The notes under the pieces are model-generated. The model was not told the DNA's origin, ran no database searches, and saw only the letters and a list, made by a program, of their open reading frames with translations. DNA of 64,000 nucleotides from Herbiconiux sp. (GTDB lineage Bacteria > Actinomycetota > Actinomycetes > Actinomycetales > Microbacteriaceae), in contig NZ_JAHFUY010000019.1 in NCBI RefSeq assembly GCF_023264895.1, positions 25,013 to 89,012 of the forward strand, in the 5' to 3' direction. The position numbers and the translations under genes are program-made. This document shows positions 16,874 through 25,030 of this stretch, piece by piece; within the stretch, counting starts at the first letter, position 1, and each line of letters starts with the position of its first letter.

Positions 16874-18822
16874 CAGACACCATCTCCCGCCCGGCTCCGC
16901 GGGCGGCCTCGCAGATCCGCGACCTCGACGAGGCGGCCTTCCAGGCCCACTACGACTGCGACCGCTACACCGCCACCGTGCTCGGCAACCGCTTCGACTA
17001 CCTCGTCGAGCACATGAGCGCGCGCCTGCTCACGGGCGCCTTCTCGCCCGTGCTGCGCGACTTCTACGACCTCGCCTGCACGATCGCGGGCCCCGCCGAG
17101 CTCGGCTATCCGGTGCCCGCCGCGAGCAACGGCATCGTGCTGATGGCCGGCACCACGATCGACGCCGTGCCGAACATGGTCGACGAGTTCGGCGCCGACC
17201 GGCTGCGCCCGGGCGACGTGCTCATCGCCAACGACCCGTACCGCACCGGCAACCACAACAACGACCTCGTCTTCACCCGGCCGGTCTTCGTCGACGGGCG
17301 GATCGTGGCCTACGTCACGCTCAACGCCCACCAGCTCGACATGGGCGGCACGGTGCCCGGCGGCTTCAGCGCCACCAAGCAGAACGTGTTCGAGAACGGC
17401 CTCGTGCTCTCGCCGCGCCTGCTCGTCCGTGAGGGCGTCAACGTGCCCGAGACCTGGAGCGTGATCTTCGACAACGTGCGCATGGCCGAGGTGCTCTACC
17501 CCGACATGAAGACCGTCTGCTCGAGCCTCGAGCTCGGCGAGCGGCTCGTGCTCGAGTCGATCGAACGCTACGGCCTCGGCGCCTTCCACGGCGCCATGCG
17601 CTACGCCACCGACGTGGCGGCGGAGCGGATGGCGCTCGGCATGGCCGAGCTGCCCGACGGAGACTGGGAGGCCGAGCACGGCGTCGACGCCGACGGCATC
17701 GACGACAGCGAGAGCTACCCCGTGCACGTCGCCATCCGCAAGCGCGGCGACCGCATCGAGGTCGACTTCTCGGGCACGCACCGGCAGGCCCGCACCTCGA
17801 TCAACGCCACCGCGTGGGAGGTGAAGACCGCCATCGGCGTGGCCCTGAAGTACAACTTCGACCCCCGCGGCCGCTTCAACTCCGGGCTCTTCCGCAACAT
17901 CGACATCGTCATCCCCGAGGGCAGCGTCGTCTCGGCGCTGCCGCCGGACGGCGCGGTGTTCCTCTACTTCGAGCAGAGCCAGGTCATCCTCGCCACCGTG
18001 CTCATCGCCCTCGAGAAGGCTCTCGGCGAGCGGGCCATCGCGGGCGACCGCGCCGGCACCAACCTGCACACCGCGTTCGGTGCGCATCCGGATGGCACGC
18101 CCTGGGTCTCGGCCATGCAGTGCGGCGGCGAGATCGGCCCCTTCGGCGCCAACCGGCACGGCGACGCCGACACCCAGTGCATGTCGTACCTCGCCAACGG
18201 CGTCGCCCCGTCGGTGGAGGCCATCGAGAAGGAGAGCCCCGTGGTGATGCTCCGGCACGAGCCCGTGGCCGACACGGCGGGGCCCGGCGTCAACCGGGGC
18301 GGCAACGCCATGCTCCGCGACACCCTCTGGCTCACGGATGCCGCGCACTCGATCATCGAGCTCCGGCACAAGTCGGTCACCGGCTTCGGCGTGCACGGCG
18401 GCGGCAGCGGCGTCAACGGCGGGGTGTGGATCTTCCCGCCCGACGCCGAGGGCGCGGCAGCCGTGCCCGGCACCGGGCGAGACTCGTTCGGCGGCGGAAC
18501 CGCCTGGGCGGGCGTCATCGACCCCGAGTCGAACGCCCCGTCGGCCGAGGGGGAGTACGTGTACCCGTTCTCGAACGCCAACACGAGCACGAAGCAGTCG
18601 GTGCTCCGCTACATCACGAACGGCGCCGGAGGCTGGGGCGATCCGCTCGCCCGGGAGCCGGAGCGCGTGCTGGTCGATGTGCGCGACGAGTACGTCACGA
18701 TCGAGGGTGCAGCGAGGCTGTACGGCGTCGTCGTGTCCGGTGACCCGCACGAGGATCCCGAGGGGCTCGTGCTCGACCTCGACGCCACCACCGCTCTCCG
18801 CCAGCAGCTCCGCGCCTTGTAA
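16870..18822 (+). CDS. hyuB: hydantoinase B/oxoprolinase family protein (HyuB-like) subunit
   Basis: The ATG at 16870 overlaps the hyuA stop. Shows the HyuB-type core (...NDPYRTGNHNNDL...). 650 aa. Confidence 0.9.
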   Translation: MTDTISRPAPRAASQIRDLDEAAFQAHYDCDRYTATVLGNRFDYLVEHMSARLLTGAFSPVLRDFYDLACTIAGPAELGYPVPAASNGIVLMAGTTIDAVPNMVDEFGADRLRPGDVLIANDPYRTGNHNNDLVFTRPVFVDGRIVAYVTLNAHQLDMGGTVPGGFSATKQNVFENGLVLSPRLLVREGVNVPETWSVIFDNVRMAEVLYPDMKTVCSSLELGERLVLESIERYGLGAFHGAMRYATDVAAERMALGMAELPDGDWEAEHGVDADGIDDSESYPVHVAIRKRGDRIEVDFSGTHRQARTSINATAWEVKTAIGVALKYNFDPRGRFNSGLFRNIDIVIPEGSVVSALPPDGAVFLYFEQSQVILATVLIALEKALGERAIAGDRAGTNLHTAFGAHPDGTPWVSAMQCGGEIGPFGANRHGDADTQCMSYLANGVAPSVEAIEKESPVVMLRHEPVADTAGPGVNRGGNAMLRDTLWLTDAAHSIIELRHKSVTGFGVHGGGSGVNGGVWIFPPDAEGAAAVPGTGRDSFGGGTAWAGVIDPESNAPSAEGEYVYPFSNANTSTKQSVLRYITNGAGGWGDPLAREPERVLVDVRDEYVTIEGAARLYGVVVSGDPHEDPEGLVLDLDATTALRQQLRAL

Positions 18823-18888
18823 AGCCCCGGCGCACAGAGGGGTGGAATTCCCTCTGGTAATCGTGCACCGCGAGTGTATGATTACCCC

Positions 18889-18915
18889 ATTGTCCGACAA
18901 TTATTGTCCGACACT
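18889..18915. promoter_or_regulatory. two adjacent operator-like sites, ATTGTCCGACAAT (18889-18901, perfect 6+1+6 palindrome) and ATTGTCCGACACT (18903-18915)
   Basis: Lie 36-62 nt upstream of the first binding-protein gene, 14 bp centre to centre. An extra GACAAT half-site lies at 18918-18923. Confidence 0.5.
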
Positions 18916-18950
18916 ATGACAATGACGTCACCCAGAAAGCGAGCAATCAC

Positions 18951-20135
18951 ATGCAAAGACGCACCACAGCAGCTCTGCGTACCGCCGCCGTTCTCGCCTC
19001 CGTCGCCCTCGTCGCCACCGGCTGTTCCGCCGGCGGCGGTGAGTCAGGTGAAGGAGGATCGGGCGAGGAAGTCGCCCTCACCTACCAGACCCCCGACGGC
19101 CAGTGCGAAGCCGGCCCCACCGAGGGCGTCGACTACGACACCGCGAACGAGCTGATCCAGTCGTTCCAGGAGCCCTCCACCGGCCTCATCCAGACCGAGC
19201 CCCTGCCCACGCCCGTCGGGCCCGACTTCACGGTCGCCTTCCTCAACAACGACACCGCCGTGGCCGGCATCATGTACGCGAGCATGGAGCTCGCCGCCGA
19301 CGCAGCCGGGGTCGAGCTCGTGAACGTGAGCACGGGCACCGACGCCCAGAGCATCAACAGCGCGCTGAACTCGGTCGTCGAGCTCGAGCCCGACGCCGTC
19401 ATCTCGGTCGCCATCGACGCCACCTTCTACCAGGACCAGCTCGAGCAGCTCGAGGCCAAGGGCATCCCGGTCGTCTACGCCTCCCAGGGCAACGCCGAGG
19501 AGTTCGGCCTCGACGACACCCTCGGCGGGCTCAACGCCTCGCTCGTCAACGGCCAGGTGCTCGCCGCCGGCGCGGTGGCCTTCACCTGCGGCACTGGCGA
19601 CGAGTTCGTGTTCTACAACGTGCCCGAGCTCACCTTCTCGGCCATCCAGCTCGAGGCGGCCCAGGAGTACCTCGCCGAGCTCTGCGCCGACTGCTCGCTC
19701 CGCGTGGTCGACATCTCGATCATCGACCCGAGCCCGGCCGACAAGATCGTGAGCGACCTGCAGTCGAACCCAGAGACCGACTTCTTCATCACCCCCGTCG
19801 ACCAGTACCAGATCGGTCTCGGCGACAAGGCGCAGCTCGCCGGCCTCACCAACGCCTACGGCTTCGGCCAGTCGTCGCTGCCGCCGAACGTGCAGCAGCT
19901 CGCCGACGGCCTGCAGACCGCCGGCTTCGCCGTGGACCTCAACATGTTCATGTGGCTGCTCCTCGACGAGGCGTTCCGCAAGGCGCAGGGCGTCTACGAG
20001 CCCTACACCGACTGGGATGCCGTCAACCGCTCGGTCTCGCTCGTGCTGACCCCGGAGAACGCCGGCCAGTACGTCGCGGGCTTCGAGGCCTACCCGGGCA
20101 TGGAAGACGACTTCAAGGCCCTCTGGGGCAAGTAG
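18951..20135 (+). CDS. ABC transporter substrate-binding lipoprotein (type I periplasmic binding fold, sugar-like), copy 1
   Basis: Signal peptide plus lipobox (LVATGC). Alternating beta-alpha pattern typical of RbsB/LacI-type binding proteins. Confidence 0.85.
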   Translation: MQRRTTAALRTAAVLASVALVATGCSAGGGESGEGGSGEEVALTYQTPDGQCEAGPTEGVDYDTANELIQSFQEPSTGLIQTEPLPTPVGPDFTVAFLNNDTAVAGIMYASMELAADAAGVELVNVSTGTDAQSINSALNSVVELEPDAVISVAIDATFYQDQLEQLEAKGIPVVYASQGNAEEFGLDDTLGGLNASLVNGQVLAAGAVAFTCGTGDEFVFYNVPELTFSAIQLEAAQEYLAELCADCSLRVVDISIIDPSPADKIVSDLQSNPETDFFITPVDQYQIGLGDKAQLAGLTNAYGFGQSSLPPNVQQLADGLQTAGFAVDLNMFMWLLLDEAFRKAQGVYEPYTDWDAVNRSVSLVLTPENAGQYVAGFEAYPGMEDDFKALWGK

Positions 20136-20209
20136 CAGCACCCGCGGCCGCCGGCCCAGCACCGGCCGGCGGCCACACCCCTCATCCGCACTAGAAAGCG
20201 AGCAATCAC

Positions 20210-21412
20210 ATGCAACGACGCATCACGAACGCACTCCGAGCCGCAGCGGTTCTGGGTGCGGTCTCCCTGCTGGCCGCAGGCTGTTCCTCCGGAGGAACCG
20301 ACGGCGGCGGTGGCGGCGACGCGGCCGGCGGCGACGTCCCCCTGACCTACATGGCCGAGGACGGCTCCTGCGCCGAGGGCCCCGCCGAGGGCATCGACTT
20401 CGCCGCGGCCGACGAGGTCGTGAAGAGCTTCGAGACGCCGAACGAAGCCATCCTCGCCACCGAGCCCCTCAAGGAGCCGGTCGATCCGAACACCACCGCG
20501 GTCTACCTCAACAACGGCACCCCGGTCGCCGGGCTCTTCCAGGCCGGCCTCCAGGCCGCCTCCGAGGCCGCCGGCATCAAGTTCGTCAACGTCGACACCG
20601 GCACCGACGCGCAGAGCATCAACTCGGCGCTCAACTCGGTCGTCGAGATGAAGCCCGACATCGTCTTCGACCAGTCGGTCGACGCCCGCTTCTTCCAGGA
20701 CCAGCTCACGCAGCTCCAGGACCAGGGCACCGCGATCGTCTACGGCGGTCAGCTCAACGCCGAGGAGTTCGGCCTGCGCGACTCGCTCGGCGGCGCCGGC
20801 AGCATCGAGGTCAACAGCGATGTTCTCGCGAATGCCGCCGTCCAGCTCACGTGCGGCACGGCGACCGAGTTCGTGATGTACTCCATCCCCGAGATCCCGG
20901 CCTCCGAGATCCAGAACGAGGCCGTGCCGGCCGCGCTCGCCGAGCTCTGCCCCGAGTGCACGCTGCGCATCGTCGACATCTCGATCGCCGACGCGAGCCC
21001 CGCCGACAAGATCGTCTCCGACCTGCAGGCCAACCCGCAGACGGAGTTCTTCATCTCGCTCGCCGACCAGTTCCAGATCGGCCTCTCCGAGAAGGCGCAG
21101 CTCGCCGGACTCACCAACGCCTACGGCGTGGGTCAGTCGTCGCTGCCGCAGAACATCCAGCAGATCGCCGACGGCACCGAGGTGGCGGGCTACGTGGTCG
21201 ACTTCAACATGTTCATGTGGCTGCAGGTCGATGAAGGACTCCGCACGATGCAAGGCATGGAGGTCCCCTACCTCGACGGCGACTGGGAAGCCGCGGCCAA
21301 GGCGATCTCGCACATCGTGACCATCCGGAACGCCGACGAGTACCTCACCCCTGCGGGTTACGTGGCCCTCGAGGGCTTCGAGGACCAGTTCCTGGAACTC
21401 TGGGGCAAGTGA
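20210..21412 (+). CDS. ABC transporter substrate-binding lipoprotein, copy 2 (tandem paralog)
   Basis: Lipobox LLAAGC. Collinear similarity to copy 1, including the 5' leader AGAAAGCGAGCAATCACATGCAA. Confidence 0.85.
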   Translation: MQRRITNALRAAAVLGAVSLLAAGCSSGGTDGGGGGDAAGGDVPLTYMAEDGSCAEGPAEGIDFAAADEVVKSFETPNEAILATEPLKEPVDPNTTAVYLNNGTPVAGLFQAGLQAASEAAGIKFVNVDTGTDAQSINSALNSVVEMKPDIVFDQSVDARFFQDQLTQLQDQGTAIVYGGQLNAEEFGLRDSLGGAGSIEVNSDVLANAAVQLTCGTATEFVMYSIPEIPASEIQNEAVPAALAELCPECTLRIVDISIADASPADKIVSDLQANPQTEFFISLADQFQIGLSEKAQLAGLTNAYGVGQSSLPQNIQQIADGTEVAGYVVDFNMFMWLQVDEGLRTMQGMEVPYLDGDWEAAAKAISHIVTIRNADEYLTPAGYVALEGFEDQFLELWGK

Positions 21413-21416
21413 TCCG

Positions 21417-22946
21417 ATGACGAACGAGTCGACGAACGGGTCGCCGATGGGCGCCCCACCGCTGCTGAGCATCGAGGGGATGATCAAGGACTTCCCGGGC
21501 AACCGGGCCCTCGACAACGTCTCCCTCGAGGTCGCCAGCGGTGAGGTGGTCGCGGTGGTGGGCCACAACGGGTCGGGCAAGTCGACCCTGGTGAAGATCC
21601 TCGCGGGGGTCTACACCTCCGACGGGGGCACGGTGGAGCTGTCGTCCCAGGACGGCTTCGACACCGAGCTGCACATCATCCATCAGGATCTCGGCCTCGC
21701 CAACGAGCTGACGGGCATTGAGAACCTGGGCATCACGCACTACCACGGCGCCTCGTCGTTCGCCCCGTTCGACCGCAAGAAGGAGCGGGCCAAGGCGCGC
21801 GAGCTCATCGGCCGCTTCGGCGAGCCGTTCGACGTCGACATCCCCATCTCCAAGCTCGCCCCCGCCCAGCGCTCGATCATCGGCATCGCCCGAGCGCTGG
21901 ACGGGTGGCAGCACCCCCGCAACGTGCTCATCCTCGATGAGCCCACGGAGGCGCTGCACGCCACCGAGGTGCGGGTGCTGTTCGACGCCGTGAAGAAGCT
22001 CGCCGCCGACGGCGCGGGCGTCATCTTCATCTCGCACCGACTCGACGAGGTGCTCGACCTCGCCGACCGCGTCGTCGTGCTCCGCGACGGGCGGAAGGTG
22101 GCCGACGAGCCCCGATCCGACCTCGACCACGACCGTCTGGTCTCCTACGTCACCGGCATCCCCGTGGGCGAGGCCGAGCACGGCGAGAACGCGCGGAACG
22201 CGGGGGAGGTGGTGCTCGACATCAAGGGCCTCACGGGCGAGATCCTCGATGGGGTCGACCTGCAGGTGCGCTCCGGCGAGGTCGTCGGTGTCGCGGGCGT
22301 GCTGGGCTCGGGCCGCGAGGCGCTGCCCGCCATGATCTACGGATCGATCGACGCCGACGTGGAGTCGTTCACCCTCGACGGGAGGCCCTACCTCAAGCGG
22401 TCGCCGCGGGAGAGCATCCGCCGAGGCACCGCGTTCGTGCCGGGCGACCGGGCGAAGTTCGGCTCGGTCAGGCCCATGACGGCGCGGGAGAACGTGACGC
22501 TGCCGGAGCTGAAGTCGATGACCGGTGCCGGAGGCGCCATCAACCTCAAGCGCGAGCGCGAGCACGCTCAGACGCTCATGCAGGAGTACGACGTGAAGCC
22601 GCCGCGTGCGGAGCAGGTGTTCGCACAGTTCTCGGGCGGCAACCAGCAGAAGATCGTGTTCGCGAAGTGGCTGCGCAACAAGCCCTCGCTGCTGCTCCTG
22701 GAGGAGCCGACACAGGGCGTCGACATCGGCGCCAAGCAGGCCATCTACGACGCCATCGATCGAGCGGCCTCCACGGGCGCCGCGGTGCTCGTGTGCTCGT
22801 CGGAGGCGAAGGAGCTCGTGCGCCTGTGCGACCGGGTGCTGGTGCTGCGCGATGGACGGATCGCCGCCGAACTGGCGGGCGACGAGCTGACGGAGACGCA
22901 GCTCGTCATCGAAGGCTATGGATTGAAGAGCGAGGACGAACTGTGA
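21417..22946 (+). CDS. sugar-type ABC transporter ATP-binding protein (two fused ABC domains)
   Basis: Walker A GHNGSGKST and the degenerate second-domain arrangement of RbsA-like ATPases. 509 aa. Confidence 0.9.
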   Translation: MTNESTNGSPMGAPPLLSIEGMIKDFPGNRALDNVSLEVASGEVVAVVGHNGSGKSTLVKILAGVYTSDGGTVELSSQDGFDTELHIIHQDLGLANELTGIENLGITHYHGASSFAPFDRKKERAKARELIGRFGEPFDVDIPISKLAPAQRSIIGIARALDGWQHPRNVLILDEPTEALHATEVRVLFDAVKKLAADGAGVIFISHRLDEVLDLADRVVVLRDGRKVADEPRSDLDHDRLVSYVTGIPVGEAEHGENARNAGEVVLDIKGLTGEILDGVDLQVRSGEVVGVAGVLGSGREALPAMIYGSIDADVESFTLDGRPYLKRSPRESIRRGTAFVPGDRAKFGSVRPMTARENVTLPELKSMTGAGGAINLKREREHAQTLMQEYDVKPPRAEQVFAQFSGGNQQKIVFAKWLRNKPSLLLLEEPTQGVDIGAKQAIYDAIDRAASTGAAVLVCSSEAKELVRLCDRVLVLRDGRIAAELAGDELTETQLVIEGYGLKSEDEL

Positions 22947-24025
22947 AGAAGACCGAAGCCATCCAGACGGTCGATCCGGCGGTCGCGGATCGCGGACCGG
23001 CGAAGAAGAACGGGGTGCTGGCGGCGCTGTCGTTCCGCAACATCAGCGCGATCTACATCTTCGTCGTGCTGTTCGCGATCTTCGCGATCATCACGCCGCG
23101 CACGTTCCTCACCCCGGGCACCTGGCTCGTGCTGCTGGACGCGCAGTCGATCACGGTGCTCGCGGCGATCGCGGTGCTCATCCCGCTCGTCAACGGCGTG
23201 TTCAACCTGGCGATCGGCGCGGAGGTCGGCTTCGCCGTCATCCTCGTGGCCGTGCTGCAGACGAAGCTCAACATGCCGTGGGGCCTCGCCATCGCGGTCG
23301 CGATCCTGATCGGGGCCTTCATCGGCCTCGTCTCGGGCCTCATCATCACCAAGGGCAAGATCGACTCGTTCATCGCGACCCTCGGCATGAGCTCGATCCT
23401 GCTGGCGGGCCTCGCGTTCCTCTCCGAGAACCGCCAGATCATCGGCCTGCAGGACGGCTTCCGCCTGTTCGCCACGGGGGGTCTGCCGCTCGTCCCCGAC
23501 AACCCGAACTTCAAGCTCACGAACCCCGTGTTCATCATGCTGATCGTGGCGTTCATCGTCTGGTACCTGCTCGAGCGCACCCCCGTCGGCCGCCGCATGT
23601 ACGCGGCGGGCTACAACCCCGACGGCGCCCGGCTCTCCGGTGTCAACGTCGGCCGGCTGCAGATCGCCTCGCTCGTGGCCGGCGGCATCATCGCCGCCCT
23701 CGCGGGTGTGCTGCTCGCCTCGCGCATCAACGCCGGTGACCCGACCGTCGGCCCGGGCCTCCTGCTGCCGGCGCTCACCGCGGTGTTCCTCGGATCGACC
23801 CAGTTCAAGGGCGGCCGGTTCAACGTGTGGGGCACCGTCATCTCGGTCTACGTGCTCGCCGTGGGCATCAAGGGCCTGCAGCTGCTCGGTGCGCAGAACT
23901 GGGTGAGCGACCTGTTCAACGGTGTCGCCCTGCTCGCCGCCGTCGGTCTCTCCCGCTGGGAGCGCACCGCCAAGCGCGGAAGCGCCATCAAGCGGGCGAC
24001 GCCCAAGTTCGGCCGCGGCAAGTAA
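22943..24025 (+). CDS. ABC transporter permease (RbsC/BPD type)
   Basis: The GTG at 22943 overlaps the ATPase stop. Multiple hydrophobic segments. The ORF-track start at 22667 lies inside the ATPase gene. Confidence 0.85.
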   Translation: MKKTEAIQTVDPAVADRGPAKKNGVLAALSFRNISAIYIFVVLFAIFAIITPRTFLTPGTWLVLLDAQSITVLAAIAVLIPLVNGVFNLAIGAEVGFAVILVAVLQTKLNMPWGLAIAVAILIGAFIGLVSGLIITKGKIDSFIATLGMSSILLAGLAFLSENRQIIGLQDGFRLFATGGLPLVPDNPNFKLTNPVFIMLIVAFIVWYLLERTPVGRRMYAAGYNPDGARLSGVNVGRLQIASLVAGGIIAALAGVLLASRINAGDPTVGPGLLLPALTAVFLGSTQFKGGRFNVWGTVISVYVLAVGIKGLQLLGAQNWVSDLFNGVALLAAVGLSRWERTAKRGSAIKRATPKFGRGK

Positions 24026-24098
24026 CCCCTCCCACGAGTGGTCGGTTTCGGTCCCTAGAAGCAATTCTTGGGACCGATTCTGACCACTCGTGGGATGG
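24026..24098. repeat. REP-like palindromic element, copy 1 (core CCCTCCCACGAGTGG)
   Basis: The arms at 24026-24055 and 24070-24098 are imperfect reverse complements. The element fills the gap between convergent genes. A second copy of the core lies at 53577-53649. Confidence 0.7.
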
Positions 24099-24100
24099 AA

Positions 24101-24133
24101 GAAGCCCCCTCCACGTCGTGTGGAGGGGGCTTC
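24101..24133. terminator. 14-bp perfect GC-rich hairpin (GAAGCCCCCTCCAC / GTGGAGGGGGCTTC, 5-nt loop), candidate bidirectional terminator
   Basis: Read directly. Lies between convergent genes. There is no clear U-tract, which is common in high-GC actinobacteria. Confidence 0.55.
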
Positions 24134-24145
24134 TCGGCGTGCGGG

Positions 24146-25030
24146 CTAGAGCAGGTCGCGGCGGGAGACCTCGGCGATGGCGCTCCAGTCGGCGTCCTTG
24201 AGATCCGGATCAGCGAGGGCCGCGTCGAACACCTGGATGAGGGCCGGGAGCGTCGCCGCGGTCACGCCGCCGGCCTCCGCGACCTCCTGGGCGAGCCCCA
24301 GATCCTTCCGCCCGAGGGCGATGTGGAAGCCGGGCGGGGTGTACTCGCCGCGCGCGATCATGCCGCCGTAGCCGGAGTAGACGACCCCACCGAAGAGCGT
24401 CGACGAGAGCAGCTCGGTGAAGAGCTCGGGATCGACCCCCTGGCGCTCGGTCATCGCGACCGACTCGCCGATCGCCTGCATGGCGTGGATGATGTTGTAG
24501 TTCACCGCCGCCTTCACGGCGTTGGCGGCCGAGGGCCGCTCGCCGAGCCGCCAGGTGCGCTTGCCGAGCTCGGCGAAGTACGGCTCGAGGGCGTCGAGCG
24601 CCTCGGCCGGGCCCGCCGCCAAAATGTTCAGCTGGCCCGCGGCCGCCACCGGCGGGCGGCCGAGCACGGGGGCGCCCACGTAGGTGGCGCCCTCCGCGTC
24701 GAACGCCGCCACGAGCCGATCCGCCAGCGACGGGCTGATCGAGGCCATCACGACGTGCGTGCGGCCCTTCAGCGACCGGATGGCGGCCTCGTCGAGCACC
24801 GACTGCACGGCCTCGTCGTTGGCGAGCATCGAGAACGACAGCTCGGGCTCGAGGGCCTCGGCGGGCGTCTGGGCCCGCCGGGCCCCCGCGGCCACGAGCT
24901 CGTCGGCGGCACCGGGCGAGCGGTTCCAGACGACGACGTCGTGGCCGGCGTCGAGAAGGCGCCTCGCCATGCCCTGGCCCATCGAGCCGAGGCCGAGGAA
25001 TCCGACCGTGGTCACGGTGTCGCTCGTCAC
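24146..25030 (-). CDS. NAD(P)-dependent oxidoreductase, 3-hydroxyisobutyrate dehydrogenase family
   Basis: Shows VGFLGLGSMGQGMARRL. The GTG at 25030 overlaps the upstream stop (GTGA). Confidence 0.85.
   Translation of the reverse strand: MTSDTVTTVGFLGLGSMGQGMARRLLDAGHDVVVWNRSPGAADELVAAGARRAQTPAEALEPELSFSMLANDEAVQSVLDEAAIRSLKGRTHVVMASISPSLADRLVAAFDAEGATYVGAPVLGRPPVAAAGQLNILAAGPAEALDALEPYFAELGKRTWRLGERPSAANAVKAAVNYNIIHAMQAIGESVAMTERQGVDPELFTELLSSTLFGGVVYSGYGGMIARGEYTPPGFHIALGRKDLGLAQEVAEAGGVTAATLPALIQVFDAALADPDLKDADWSAIAEVSRRDLL

Noticed and set aside
18835-18856. A short hairpin CAGAGGG/CCCTCTG after hyuB as a terminator that would separate hyuAB from the transporter operon.
   Set aside because: It has only a 7-bp stem and no U-tract, which is too weak to call. 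The operator pair at 18889-18915 is better evidence for a separate promoter.
14669-18900. 674-aa and 757-aa minus-strand ORFs (14669-16693 and 16627-18900) and the 1229-aa plus-strand ORF at 15133-18822.
   Set aside because: They are antisense or out-of-frame shadows of hyuA/hyuB. The plus-strand one is hyuB with a spurious 5' extension read through the hyuA gene in another frame. The coupled ATG at 16870 gives the conserved HyuB N-terminus.
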